A DNA stretch of 64,000 bases from an uncultured delta proteobacterium (GCA_963752595.1 CAVVYZ010000002.1:160001-224000); one strand, 5' to 3'. Positions 21,191-32,720 are shown, counted from the first letter of the stretch. Translations and numbers: made by a program. The notes: generated from the letters alone by a model not told the origin.

Positions 21191-21667
21191 ATGAAGCGGT
21201 TGGGGAAGGCAAGGGACAGGAAAGGTGTCATGTCCCTGATGATAAGTCATTTTTTCACCTTGCAATATTACACAAATAAGCGTACCACGCTTGTAATGCC
21301 GTATGGTGACCCCTTTCCTCAACTCATGGATATGAAAGGGATTGCAGTAGAGCTTCCTTTTCTGCGCTTCAAATATGTCAACATCAAGGGCAGCCCCTCC
21401 CAGAAAACATATTCAGACAATAAAGTAAGCGTTCTGCCTTCTTCGGAGAAGCTCTGCCAGCAAACAGAACCCATCCGGATCAACTACACGCAGGCCGAGC
21501 CTGAAGAGATATCTTCTTTGGGCATCGATCCGATGGTATCCAGCGCATCGGTTATCCATGAGCTTGCCTATGGCAGGCCGGCCAAAAAAACGCAAGTTTC
21601 AGGAAGTGTTCAGGAATATCCGGTCCCGAGGGAATTCCGGCGGCACGATCTGGACATCGTCGTGTGA
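21191..21667 (+). CDS. Hypothetical protein (start uncertain, probably later)
   Basis: ORF ends 16 nt before the HDAC gene on the same strand; no recognisable domain. Confidence 0.45.
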   Translation: MKRLGKARDRKGVMSLMISHFFTLQYYTNKRTTLVMPYGDPFPQLMDMKGIAVELPFLRFKYVNIKGSPSQKTYSDNKVSVLPSSEKLCQQTEPIRINYTQAEPEEISSLGIDPMVSSASVIHELAYGRPAKKTQVSGSVQEYPVPREFRRHDLDIVV

Positions 21668-21682
21668 AGAGCTGAATCAGGC

Positions 21683-22702
21683 ATGATCGGTATCGTCTCA
21701 GACCCCGTCTTCATGAAACACGACACCGGCGGATATCATCCCGAGAGCCCTTTGCGGATCCAATACCTTCACACCCTCTTTGCCCCGAAGAATGACCCGC
21801 AGATTCTGCTCCTGGATCCTGTGCCTGCAACGATCGAAGATATTGCGCTGAACCATGGCCGGGCCTATATCGACATGATTTCCCGCACCGCCTTGTCAAA
21901 TGCCTCGGTAGATCTGGACCCTGATACGGTGTGTTGTCCGGAATCATATCACACCGCGCTGCTCGCGGCAGGATCGCTTGTGGAACTTACCAGGATGGCC
22001 CTGGAAGGCGAGATTCAGACAGGGCTCGCCTGTGTAAGGCCCCCGGGGCATCACGCGAGGAAGAATGACGCCATGGGGTTCTGCATCTTCAACAATATAG
22101 CCATCGCGGCATCCAGGGCAATAGAGTCCTTCGGTGTCGAGAAGGTCGCCATCATCGATTTCGATGTCCACCATGGGAATGGGACCCAGGAAAGCTTCTA
22201 CGCAAGAGACGATGTGCTCTATTTCTCCACCCACCAGTATCCTTTCTATCCGGGTACCGGCGCCGTATCGGACACCGGTTCGGGAGAAGGGAAGGGATAT
22301 ACCGTGAACTGCCCCATGCAGGGAGGGAAGAACGACGGACACTACGCGGCCGTTTACCGCTATATTCTCAAGCCGGTCATCGAGGCCTTCGAGCCCGAAC
22401 TGATCCTGGTATCGGCAGGCTTCGACGCCCATGCCATGGACCCGATCGGCGGGATGCAGCTCAGCTCCCGCGGGTTTGCAGACATTACCTCGACCATACA
22501 GGACTCCGCGCATGAAGTGGGTGCCCCGGTGGTCTATGCACTCGAGGGAGGCTACAATCTGAACGCCCTGAAGGAGTCCGTGTCCCATATGATCGGAGCG
22601 CTGAAGGGGGACCGGGCCCCTGTGATCGACCCGGTACCTTTCCCTGAGCTGGAGACATTCATAAATACTCAAGCTCATATGTGGCCGCTTGTATTAAGGT
22701 AA
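21683..22702 (+). CDS. Histone deacetylase family protein
   Basis: HPESP.R, RPPGHHA, GFCIFNN, DFDVHHGNGT, SAGFDAH, LEGGY. Confidence 0.96.
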   Translation: MIGIVSDPVFMKHDTGGYHPESPLRIQYLHTLFAPKNDPQILLLDPVPATIEDIALNHGRAYIDMISRTALSNASVDLDPDTVCCPESYHTALLAAGSLVELTRMALEGEIQTGLACVRPPGHHARKNDAMGFCIFNNIAIAASRAIESFGVEKVAIIDFDVHHGNGTQESFYARDDVLYFSTHQYPFYPGTGAVSDTGSGEGKGYTVNCPMQGGKNDGHYAAVYRYILKPVIEAFEPELILVSAGFDAHAMDPIGGMQLSSRGFADITSTIQDSAHEVGAPVVYALEGGYNLNALKESVSHMIGALKGDRAPVIDPVPFPELETFINTQAHMWPLVLR

Positions 22703-22739
22703 GTTTAAGTTTCCTATACTTATTGCCGAAAGGCCTTGT

Positions 22740-23483
22740 ATGTTAGAGCCGAGGATTATCGAGGCGGTTTCAGTTAAGGAATATCGGCCTGGAGAGGTCA
22801 TTGTACGGGAGGGCGACTCCAACCAATACTTCTACGCGATACTCCAGGGAGAGGTGCAGATCTACCAGATGGAAAAGCCCATCCGCATCCTCACCGACAG
22901 AGACGTGTTCGGCCTCGAGAACTATTATCGCGGCATTCCCTACAGCACCACGGCAAAGTCGACAAAGGTCTCTCGCATCGCCACGTATGAATCCGATTGC
23001 ATCGAAGACATCGTTTTTTCGAAGCCGGGACTGGTGAGCATGGTCTTGAGGTCTGCTTATCTGCAGCTGGAGCAGACGACGTCGGTCGCAGAATGCAATA
23101 TCCCCTACAGCGAAGTCATCAACCTCGATGTGCGGGAGTATGCGGACGGAGATACCATTATCGAAGACGGCACGTACGGCACGGAGATCTATAAGCTCTG
23201 CCAGGCGGAAGTGGGCCTGGAGGTACTGAAGAAAAACGTCCGTGTAGGCATGATCACGAAGCCGGGAGAATATTTCGGCGAGATGAGTTTTATCCTGAAC
23301 GAACCCAGAGGCGCCACGATCCGTTCCGTAGGCAGGAGCGTTGTCGAGGTTATCCCGGTGGACGAAGGGGGTCTCGAGAGGCTCATCAGCGAGAACCCGG
23401 AAGTTGCAAATAAGATCATCGATGCGCTGGCGCACAGGCTCAAACAGGCCAACCTCATGATTGTAAAAGAGCCGGGAGCCTGA
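22740..23483 (+). CDS. Tandem cyclic-nucleotide-binding domain protein
   Basis: Two cNMP-like domains; the second has GEYFGEMS..EPRGAT; no HTH. Confidence 0.85.
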   Translation: MLEPRIIEAVSVKEYRPGEVIVREGDSNQYFYAILQGEVQIYQMEKPIRILTDRDVFGLENYYRGIPYSTTAKSTKVSRIATYESDCIEDIVFSKPGLVSMVLRSAYLQLEQTTSVAECNIPYSEVINLDVREYADGDTIIEDGTYGTEIYKLCQAEVGLEVLKKNVRVGMITKPGEYFGEMSFILNEPRGATIRSVGRSVVEVIPVDEGGLERLISENPEVANKIIDALAHRLKQANLMIVKEPGA

Positions 23484-23494
23484 AAAACAGGATT

Positions 23495-24598
23495 TTAGAT
23501 ACCCTGCGCCCGGTCCAATAACCTGCTTTTCTCCTCGATGAGGGCTTTGATCGCAGGAACGGCTTGAAGGGCTTTTTCCCTCCCTTCGGCAATCGTGCTC
23601 TCTCCTTTGTTGAACTCTAACGCACGGACCTGATCGATCACCGGCTCTATGAGAATATCCGGTTTTATGTACATGAGCATGAGGCGGTTCTTCTGGTATT
23701 GCTGGATATTCGTTGCACTGAGCATGATCTCGAAGATATTGAGCATATCCGCCTTGTCCTTCTTGGTGAAGCTCTTGTTTATCAGAGAACCGATCTTGTC
23801 CCTGCTCTCATGCATCTGATCCTTGAAGGCGGCGAGCAGATCATGGTCACGGACCGGACCGGCCGTGTCGCCCGGTGTGCTCCTGAACATGCCCCGCAGT
23901 CCTTTTATGCCGCCGATTATCTTTTCCGTAGGGAGGGCGGCAAGCATGCGGTCTATGAGCCAGGAAGAAATATCTTCATCCCCTTCTTTTTTCTGGGCTT
24001 TTACGATCGCACTGCTCAGAGAGGAAGAAAGCTTGTCGGGAAGCCTTGAGTGGAGGTTGCACGCGATGGTGATATCGGGCGAGAATGATCTCAGGATATC
24101 CAGGGGCAGGGGGTCCGAGACGCCTCCGTCCGTGAGTATCTGTTCACCGAGGACAACGGGTTTGAAGATCCCGGGCATGGAAATGCTCGCCATCACGGCA
24201 TCGACAAGGAGACCCCGGGAGATGGGCACGATTTCTCCCGTGAGGATATCCGTAGCCACTGCCGTATAGGCAAGGGGGAGTTCTTCTATTCTGGTGTCAT
24301 GAAGCAGCGTCGCGAGGAATTTCCTGGCCCTTTTGCCTGCGAAGAGCCCGGAAACGGGAAAGACCGGATCTGCATAGAAACGCAATGTCTCGATGAAGTT
24401 CAGGTCCGAGATGAGCTCCTTGAAGATCCCGAGTGAGCCTGCTGCGTAAAAGGCTCCTATTGCGGCGCCGGCGCTGGAACCGACGATTATGTCCAGCGGT
24501 ATATTGTTTTCTTTCAGGACATCGAGGACCCCGATATGCGCCCCTCCCATTGCCCCGCCGCTGTCCAGGGCGATCCCGACAATAGGTTTTCTGCTCAT
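23495..24598 (-). CDS. Patatin-like phospholipase
   Basis: SGGAMG, GSSAG nucleophile motif, DGG motif. Confidence 0.92.
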   Translation of the reverse strand: MSRKPIVGIALDSGGAMGGAHIGVLDVLKENNIPLDIIVGSSAGAAIGAFYAAGSLGIFKELISDLNFIETLRFYADPVFPVSGLFAGKRARKFLATLLHDTRIEELPLAYTAVATDILTGEIVPISRGLLVDAVMASISMPGIFKPVVLGEQILTDGGVSDPLPLDILRSFSPDITIACNLHSRLPDKLSSSLSSAIVKAQKKEGDEDISSWLIDRMLAALPTEKIIGGIKGLRGMFRSTPGDTAGPVRDHDLLAAFKDQMHESRDKIGSLINKSFTKKDKADMLNIFEIMLSATNIQQYQKNRLMLMYIKPDILIEPVIDQVRALEFNKGESTIAEGREKALQAVPAIKALIEEKSRLLDRAQGI

Positions 24599-24713
24599 GG
24601 GTTTTTCCTACTGGATTCATGATGGAGATGCAATTCATTTTAAAGAAACGAGCCGGGAAGGATTAAGATTTCCGGCAGTAAAGAAAATCATAAGAAATTC
24701 CGAATATTTTTCT

Positions 24714-26102
24714 ATGGATGCATATTGGCTGGGAAGCTCGCCACTGAAAGGACTGACAGGGATCAAACAGGTGGACACCCTTGACGGAGTATCCGAGAGC
24801 AGCCTGGTATTCGTCGATGACAAGACCCGTATCAGGTGGAAAACGGTCAGCGGCCAGAGGGTATACATCGTATCGGATCTGCCCATATCGACACCTCTGC
24901 CGGACAAGGTGGCAGGCGTTATTCCGCGGGATGTTATGGCCATAAACTCAATCGCGGCATTGTACTCGGAAATGCGCGAATGTTACGATGTGGAGGACAG
25001 GCTCATCAAGGCCCTGAATGAAAAGGAGCTTGCCATCCAGGAAAAGCAAAAAATTCTCCTGCGGGACAGCAAACGATACCAGGCCATGATCAAGAATGCC
25101 ACCGACCTTATTTTCACCCTTGGACCTGCCGGCAAGATCACCTTCAGCAACGAAACCATGAAACGGTACCTTCGCGACGGCCAGGGCTCGCTCATCGAAA
25201 AATCATTCTCCGATTTCGTGGTCGATGAGGACAAGAAAGCCATCACTGATATGGTCAGGAAAGGCTTCAGCAAAGGGGTGCCTACGAAGATCGAGGCAAG
25301 GCTGCACCTCTCCGGGGGAAATACCGGGATCTTCTCGCTGATGAGCACTCCTCTCTCCGAAGACGACCATGTCTATGCCCTCTCCGTAATAGGCCGGGAC
25401 ATTACGGATATACGCGCGATGCAGCATAGGCTTTTCCTCCAGGCAAGAGACCTCACGCTGATGATCAACGGCCTCTCGCACGAGCTGAGAAACCCTCTCA
25501 TGGTCATCGGCGCCTATATGAAGAGGATAGAAAAGAAGGGAAGCTCAAGGCAGGCCGATTCGATACATGGCGCACTGACCGGCATCAATTCATCTATCCA
25601 GAGGATTGAAGAGATGATCGGAAGGATCGAACAGTATGAGGCAATGGTGAAGCAGAAGGTCATATACGCTGAGGTCGATATCCGGGAGCTCATCCGTGCT
25701 GCATTGAAGGTGCACCAGGTGCATGCCAAGGTATCCCTGAAAGGCTGCGCCGGACTGAAAGCGTTCACGGATGCGGATCACATCAGGGCGGCTTTCCTCA
25801 GGATCCTGGAAAATGCCGTTGAGTCAGGCACGGGAAGGATCGATATCCATTTTTCTCACCGTGAAGGGTGCGCCTATGTCTCGATCCGGGATTACGGCCC
25901 GGGTATTTGGGAAGATCCTGAAACCCTGTTCGCGCCTTTCTACTCCGGAGACCCCATGAAGATCGGGCTCGGCCTTACGGAAGCCCGGATTGCCATGGCC
26001 AAGATAGGATCGGACATAGAAATCATTCCTCAGGCCGATCCCGGAGCCGTATTCACCATGAAGATCCTGCTCGACAGGAGAAATTCCTTAAGGGACGAAT
26101 AG
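24714..26102 (+). CDS. PAS domain sensor histidine kinase
   Basis: PAS region, SHELRNPL H-box, ENA N-box, DYGPGI and GLGL G-boxes; start inferred. Confidence 0.88.
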   Translation: MDAYWLGSSPLKGLTGIKQVDTLDGVSESSLVFVDDKTRIRWKTVSGQRVYIVSDLPISTPLPDKVAGVIPRDVMAINSIAALYSEMRECYDVEDRLIKALNEKELAIQEKQKILLRDSKRYQAMIKNATDLIFTLGPAGKITFSNETMKRYLRDGQGSLIEKSFSDFVVDEDKKAITDMVRKGFSKGVPTKIEARLHLSGGNTGIFSLMSTPLSEDDHVYALSVIGRDITDIRAMQHRLFLQARDLTLMINGLSHELRNPLMVIGAYMKRIEKKGSSRQADSIHGALTGINSSIQRIEEMIGRIEQYEAMVKQKVIYAEVDIRELIRAALKVHQVHAKVSLKGCAGLKAFTDADHIRAAFLRILENAVESGTGRIDIHFSHREGCAYVSIRDYGPGIWEDPETLFAPFYSGDPMKIGLGLTEARIAMAKIGSDIEIIPQADPGAVFTMKILLDRRNSLRDE

Positions 26103-26291
26103 CCCTTTCATCGATTCCTTCACCTGGACATTATCATTCTTAACAAGCGTATGAGTCTCGCTGTCCGGATCCGGCTCAGGATGAATAGCAGGATGGAAAC
26201 GGTGGAACCGTTTAGTTTACCGGTTCTCATTTCTCAACAGGTCTTGTTCTGTGATATGATTTTTTTATCTTTGATCTTTTGAGGAGGTTCT

Positions 26292-26984
26292 ATGGGTGAA
26301 GCCCACTTGATCCATGAAGGAGTTTATCTGGTCGGCGGATCTTCTCTTTCGCATTTTCAGGATGCGAGTGTTTTCATCGTGGACTGCGGGGAGGAAATGG
26401 TGATGATCGATTCCGGCGCAGGCAAGGGAGCGAAGACCATTGAGAGGAACATCCACGACATACCCCGCGACCCTTCCCGTATATCAACCCTTATCCTGAC
26501 CCACTGCCATGTGGATCACATCGGGTCTGCAAAGTACTTCAAGGATACCTGTCCGTGCAGGATCATAGCCCATGATCTCGATAGCGACGCCATAGAATCC
26601 GGGGACCCGGTCAGGACCGCTGCGTCCTGGTATAATACAAGACTGCCCAGGCTTACGGTCGATACGCGTCTCCGCGGCGGTCTTGAAACGCTCGGTATAG
26701 GAGGCGAGGAAATCCATTGTATCCATACCCCCGGGCACACCCCGGGCTCTATCTGCGTGTACCTCGACAGGAACGGAAAACGCGTCCTATTCGGCCAGGA
26801 CATTCACGGACCTTTCAGCGAAGATTTCGGCTCGGACATCGGAAGGTGGCGGGAATCCATGGAGAAACTCCTGGCGCTGAAGGCAGACATCCTCTGCGAA
26901 GGGCATTTCGGAATCTTCACCGGCAGGAAACGCGTGGAGGACTATATCCGGGGATATCTTGACCAGTACGCGAGCGAATACTAG
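26292..26984 (+). CDS. MBL-fold metallo-hydrolase
   Basis: THCHVDH, TPGHTPGS, EGH; strong GAGGAGG RBS. Confidence 0.92.
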   Translation: MGEAHLIHEGVYLVGGSSLSHFQDASVFIVDCGEEMVMIDSGAGKGAKTIERNIHDIPRDPSRISTLILTHCHVDHIGSAKYFKDTCPCRIIAHDLDSDAIESGDPVRTAASWYNTRLPRLTVDTRLRGGLETLGIGGEEIHCIHTPGHTPGSICVYLDRNGKRVLFGQDIHGPFSEDFGSDIGRWRESMEKLLALKADILCEGHFGIFTGRKRVEDYIRGYLDQYASEY

Positions 26985-27012
26985 CTTCAAGGTCGGATCA
27001 GGAAAGATTAGA

Positions 27013-27834
27013 TCAGTCCAGGAAAGAATGATTGTAATCCATCCTGTTGATGAAGAGCCCGTTTGAATCCATGTCGCGCAGGTTCCGGAGAATCGATGCG
27101 TCATCCGGCCTGAACTCAAGGGCCTTAAGAAAAACGCTTTGGGCCTGCTGGATATCGCCGAGATAGCTCAGGGCTAAGCCCAGGCAGTTATAATAAGAGC
27201 CGATGTTCTTGCGCAGGATCTCCTTGAGGTTGTCATCAATGAATATGTAGGCATTCTCGCTCAAGTCTATTGCTTCTTTCAGATAGGTCGTGCCGGAATC
27301 GAGAAGCATAACATCAAAGTCGCTGAACCCGATGAACGAAGATCCTTCAACGGTTTCCGATATGTCACGGAGAATGAACGCGGAGAGGTCGTACAGAACC
27401 CGTGCATGGAGCGGGTCGTTCCCATAGGTTATCTGGGGGTCGGCATCTGCTGCAAGGTTTGCGCGCTTGACCTTTTCGAACATGTACTGGGTCGTCTTGT
27501 TGCCCTCGACAACCTGATCCATTTCCTTTTCCGATGGAATGCCGGACTGGGACAAAACCCGCTTGTTCTGATTCAGGGTGAGAAAGAGCGCGTACTGGGC
27601 AGAATCCTTGAACTGCTCATCGTTCCAGCCGGAAAAGAATGAGGTGATATTTCCCGGGTAGTAGCGGATTCCCCTGGAGAGGACATCGAGCCAGTACGGA
27701 TGAGTTTCTTCGCCGGCCCCTGGTTTTGGAAGAGGAATGGACACGGGTATGAACGAATAAAGGCCTGTACCGGCAATGATTTTCATCAGCCCTGATAGGA
27801 ATCTCCGGCGCGTAACTGCCTCATCGATGACCAT
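27013..27834 (-). CDS. Twin-arginine-signal protein with C-terminal TPR
   Basis: TRRRFL N-terminus; YNCLGLALSYLG..KALEFRPDD TPR. Confidence 0.65.
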   Translation of the reverse strand: MVIDEAVTRRRFLSGLMKIIAGTGLYSFIPVSIPLPKPGAGEETHPYWLDVLSRGIRYYPGNITSFFSGWNDEQFKDSAQYALFLTLNQNKRVLSQSGIPSEKEMDQVVEGNKTTQYMFEKVKRANLAADADPQITYGNDPLHARVLYDLSAFILRDISETVEGSSFIGFSDFDVMLLDSGTTYLKEAIDLSENAYIFIDDNLKEILRKNIGSYYNCLGLALSYLGDIQQAQSVFLKALEFRPDDASILRNLRDMDSNGLFINRMDYNHSFLD

Positions 27835-28032
27835 CCCTGGTCCTCCTCGCCATATGCTTCTTTCTTATTTTCTCTTCGGCGGTTTTCATTTCATTCATGA
27901 ATCAAAAACCCTTACACGCAGAACGGGAGAAGGTTTGTCTTGACATTGGAAAGCATGTACGATATCGACCGTAAAATTGACTACTTGCATGCAATGTCTT
28001 GCAAAGAAAAAACGAGAAAGAGGTCATGAATC

Positions 28033-29104
28033 ATGGGGAAGTCGTATGATATCGCGTTGATACCAGGTGATGGAACAGGGCCGGAGGTGTTGAAGGAAGG
28101 CGTCAAGGTGCTCGATGCGGTTGCCGCTGTCGAAGGGCTGAAGCTCAATTTCACTTCCTATGATTTCGGGGGGGAGCGGTACCTGAGGACCGGTGAGATC
28201 CTACCCCAAAGCGCAATCGGCGAGCTTGGTAAGTATGATGCCATCTATCTCGGCGCCATCGGCCACCCGGACGTCAAGCCGGGCATCCTGGAAAAGGGCA
28301 TCCTTCTGACGATCCGGTTCGAGCTCGACCAGTACATAAACTTACGGCCCGGTGAAGCTCTATCCGGATGTCGAGACCCCGCTGAAGGACAAGGGCCCGG
28401 AGCATATCGATTACGTCGTGGTCCGGGAAAATACCGGCGACCTCTATACCGGAGCCGGCGGCGTCACCATGAAGGGCACGCCCGCACGAGGTGGCGGTCC
28501 AGGACGATGATCTACAGCCGCTACCAGGTGGAGCGCTGCCTCCGATATGCCTTCGAGTACACGAGAAAGAGAAACAGGAAGAAGAACTTGGCCCTCGTGG
28601 GCAAGACGAATGTCCTGACCTATGTGTACGACCTGTGGGAACGGGCATTCCACGAAATCGGCGAAAAGGAATACCCGGACATCAAGCGTGAGTACTACAA
28701 CGTGGATGCGACCTGCATGTGGATGGTCAAGAACCCGGAGTGGTTCGATGTCATGGTGACCGGCAACATGTTCGGCGACATCATCACGGATCTCGGCGCC
28801 ATCACCCAGGGCGGGATGGGCATCGCCGCCGGCGGGAACATCAATCCCGAAGGCGTGTCCATGTTCGAGCCCATCGGCGGCTCCGCACCCAAATACACCG
28901 GGAATGAACATCATCAATCCCCTGGCAGCCATCAGCGCAGGCCAGATGATGCTGGAGACCCTCGGAGAAGATAAGGCGGCTGCGCGGATCGAAAAGGGAG
29001 TCATCAAGGTTCTCGGGAACGACATCGGATCTCTTGCGGCAGGCCACATGGGCCTCTCAACGACCGAGGTCGGGGACAGGGTCGCTTCTTATGCAGCGGA
29101 GTAG
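28033..29104 (+). CDS. leuB: 3-isopropylmalate dehydrogenase; several frameshifts
   Basis: [45 protein letters not shown]. Confidence 0.88.
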
Positions 29105-29226
29105 CTGGTGCTTTGTCAACTTTGCCGCCTCTCCCCTCGCTCTTCCCTGAAAACGGATGACAGGCCAAGGGAGCGGGGGGCATGCTCGCCTGCGGGATGA
29201 AAACCGGCGAGGCGCCGGGTTGAAAA

Positions 29227-29994
29227 TCAGCCGGTGAAGCCCAACTGGGTCGAGACCTGCTGGGACGTGAACTTGACGGCGTCGATGATGTCTTCGCGGC
29301 GCTTTGCGATTGTGTCCGGGTTGCCCGTAATTGCAAAGCCCGCAATGACCACGCCTGCATGGTTAAAGATCGGGCTGCCGATGCCTGCCAGGCCATTGAT
29401 GGACTCCTGGTTGTCGAAGCTTATCCCTGCCGCCTTTACCCTGTCGAGCTCCTCGACGAAGCGCTCCCGCGAGGTGATGGTGTTCGGGGTGAAACATTCA
29501 AAGGGATACCCGGCCAGGAGCGTATCCCGCTTGGCCCCATCCATAAAAGCCAGAAGCACCTTGCCGATGCATGTGGAATGCAAAGGAATAACAGAGCCTG
29601 CCTGGGGGAAGACCATGTAGCGGTTCGCCGGCTCGATACGCATGACTATCATGACCTTGTCGCCCACGAGCATGCCCACGTTGACCGGCTCCATGAACTG
29701 GAAACAGAGACGCTCCATCCATGCACGGGCAATGGTGACGAGGTCCATGTTCGTGGCGCATTTCATCCCGAGCTGGAAGATCTGGGGCCCGAGGCGGTAT
29801 TTGCCCGTAAAAGGGTCTTTCTCCAGATAGCCTATTGAGTCCAGCGTTGACACGATGCTCGCAATGGTCGTTTTCGCCAGGCCGAGCTTCCTGGAAAAAT
29901 CGGTGATACCGAGCGGCTTCTTCTCGTCGATGAACAGGGCGAGGATATCGGATGCCCTCTTGATGGATTGGATCAGTCGCTTCTGTTTTTGCAT
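29227..29994 (-). CDS. IclR family transcriptional regulator
   Basis: IQSIKRA N-terminal HTH, PLHSTCIGK, FTPNTIT. Confidence 0.95.
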   Translation of the reverse strand: MQKQKRLIQSIKRASDILALFIDEKKPLGITDFSRKLGLAKTTIASIVSTLDSIGYLEKDPFTGKYRLGPQIFQLGMKCATNMDLVTIARAWMERLCFQFMEPVNVGMLVGDKVMIVMRIEPANRYMVFPQAGSVIPLHSTCIGKVLLAFMDGAKRDTLLAGYPFECFTPNTITSRERFVEELDRVKAAGISFDNQESINGLAGIGSPIFNHAGVVIAGFAITGNPDTIAKRREDIIDAVKFTSQQVSTQLGFTG

Positions 29995-30123
29995 AGATCT
30001 CTTTTCTTCCGGTCTTGCTTTTCCCCGATGATGAGAAACTTTGATATCTCTTTAGGGAAGCAATTGGTATTATAACAAATTAATTGACTCGCTTGCAAGG
30101 GAAGCATAAAATAAATGGAACAC

Positions 30124-30142
30124 TGTACGACAATATCGAACA
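30124..30142. promoter_or_regulatory. Candidate IclR-type operator
   Basis: Imperfect palindrome TGTACGA-CAATA-TCGAACA between the divergent IclR and dehydratase genes. Confidence 0.5.
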
Positions 30143-30163
30143 ATAAACTTTGGAAGGTGGGCT

Positions 30164-31278
30164 ATGGAAGGTATAGGGGCATTTCAAAGGGTTGTCGATG
30201 ATCCGGACGGGTATCTTAAGTCTCTCAAGGCCGGGAAGAACATTCTCGGTTACTGCTGCAGCTACACCCCGGAGGAAATCATCCATGCGGCAGGCATCCA
30301 CCCGGTAAGGCTCTTCGGATCAAGGGAGGAGAGCAATCTCTCGGACAAGCACCTCCAGTCGTACTGCTGCTCGCTGGTGAGGAACGTCCTCTCCGATGCG
30401 CTCTCGGGCAGGCTCGATTACCTGGACGGTGCGGTCTTTCCCCATACCTGTGACACCATCCAGCGGCTCTCGGATATCTGGAGGCTGAATACTTCCTTCC
30501 GGTTCTTCAGCGATATCGTGCTCCCGGTCAAGCTCACCACGGACAGTGCCCGGGAATACTTCGAGGCCGTTTTAAGAAAATTCAAGTCCGAGCTGGAAAA
30601 AGGCTTCTCCATCACCATCACGGATGATGCCCTCCGTGCATCCATCCGCACCTATAACGCCATCCGAACAGCACTCAAAGAAATTTATGAGCTCCATGCG
30701 AAAACACCGGGGTTAATCCCGGGCAGTGCTTTGAATGCTTGTACAATGGCATCCATGATCCTCGATCGAAATGAAGCGGCGGCAATGCTGAAAGATTTCG
30801 CCGATGAGTTGAAGGTCAAGGCCGCGGTTCCCGATCCTTTACGGAAGCGGGTCATGCTCGTGGGAAGCATCTGCAGCCAGCCGGATGTCTATTCTCTGAT
30901 CGAGCGTTCGGGAGCCGATGTAGTCTGGGATGACCTGTGCACGGGCTCCAGGTACTTCGAGGGGACTGTCAGCGAAGAGGTCGACCCCATAACGGCCATT
31001 GCAGAGAGGTATTACAGCAGGATCATCTGCCCGGCCAAGCATTCCTCCGTGACTGCACGGGGCAACAACCTCCTGAAAAGCGCAATCGATCACAAGGTTC
31101 AAGGCGTCATCTTTCTCATGCTGAAATTCTGCGATCCCCATGCCTTCGATTATCCCTATCTCAAGGAGTATCCTGGACAGGGAAGACATTCCCAGCATGC
31201 TCCTGGAGATCGAGGGCCGGCTCCCGCCGGAAGGGCCAGCTCCTGACCCGGTTCGAAACCTTCGTTGAAATGCTCTAA
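30164..31278 (+). CDS. 2-hydroxyacyl-CoA dehydratase subunit (HGD-D family); frameshift near 31170
   Basis: CSYTPEEIIHAAG, HTCD, DDLCTG.R, KFCDPH..DYP, TRFETFVEML. Confidence 0.88.
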
Positions 31279-31325
31279 AACTAGGAGAAACAGCGGCATA
31301 GAGAGCCGCGACCAGAGGTGATGCG

Positions 31326-32567
31326 ATGAGCGAAACGGCACGGATAAAAAGAAGAAAAAAATCAGATCCGCTACACCGGATGCGCGAGATCATGACCGAG
31401 TACTATATCAATGCCAAGACCGCGTCGCCAGACCGGGAAAAAGGTTGCCTGGATCACCAGCGGAGGCCCTGTGGAGCCCCTCATCGTCATGGATGTCATC
31501 CCGGTATATCCCGAAAACTACGGCGCCATGATCGGTGCTTCGCACATGGGCGGCGACCTCTGTGCCAAGGCCGAGGGCATGGGCTACAGCACCGACCTCT
31601 GCTCTTACGCCCGTGCCGACATCGCCTGTGCCATCGAGAACGGCGGGCCCATCGGCGGCCTGCCCAGGCCCGACATGCTGATCTGCTGCAACAACATCTG
31701 CGGCACCGTGCTCAAATGGTACGAGGTCCAGGCCCGATACTTCAATGTCCCGCTCTTCATCCTCGATACCCCGTTCTGCCATACCGAGTTCCCCGACGAG
31801 GCCAGGAATTACGTGCGGAAGCAGTTCGACGAATACATCGCCTTCCTCGAGAACGCCTGCGAGAAGCCTTCGATATGGAAAGGAGCATGGAGGTGGGCCA
31901 GGCTCTCCGTGGAAGGCCAGAGGCTCTGGCAGGCCGTCCTCGATACCGCCGCCCACAAGCCCGCTCCCATGACCGCCTTCGACGCCTTCTTCTTCCTGGC
32001 CCTCATCGTCACCCTGCGGGGGACGCAAAGCGGCCGTGGATTTCTACAAGGAACTCCTGAGCGAGATGAACGAGCGCATCGACGCAGGGCATCTGTGCCA
32101 TCGAGAACGAACGGTACCGGATCCTGTGGGACAACCTGCCCATCTGGTACCGGCCTGAAGTGGCTCTCCGACAAGTTCGCATCCCACGACGCATGCCTGG
32201 TGGCCGATACCTACACCACGGCCTGGTGCGGCTCCATGAAGTTACATAGACGAGAACAACTTCTTCGAGTCCATGGTCGAGGCCTATACCCGCATCTACC
32301 TCAACATCGGCGATCGACGAGATGGCCAAGACCATCTTCGAGATGATCGACAAATACCAGGTGGACGGCCTCGTGATCCATTCCAACCGGAGCTGCAAGC
32401 CGTACTCCTTCGGCCAGTACGATATCCAGAGGATGGTCCAGGAGCAGAAAGACATGCCCTGCATGATCATCGAATCGCACATGACCGACGAGCGGACCTT
32501 CTCCGAGAGCCAGGCCAAGACCAGGATCGATGCCTTCATGGAGATCATCAAGCAGAAAAAGGGCTGA
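31326..32567 (+). CDS. 2-hydroxyacyl-CoA dehydratase subunit (HGD-D family); multiple frameshifts
   Basis: YPENYGA, DLCSYAR, NNIC..VLKW, HSNRSCKP, TRIDAFME. Confidence 0.85.
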
Positions 32568-32720
32568 GCATCCCCGCATGACCCACTACGAGGCCCTTAT
32601 GCAGACCGCGGACAAGGTTGCCTTCAACATCCTCGATGAAGAGGAAAGAGTCAGGCTTCGCGCAGATGGCAAATATGCGGGGAGATGGTTGTGCACTCCC
32701 ATTGAGCCGGATAAACAAGA

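Noticed and set aside
27956-27970. TGTACGA half-site upstream of leuB resembling the IclR operator
   Set aside because: Spacing and second half-site differ; may simply be promoter sequence
32578-32720. Short ORF MTHYEALMQ... after the dehydratase genes
   Set aside because: No RBS or recognisable motif, and it runs antisense into the TauE gene
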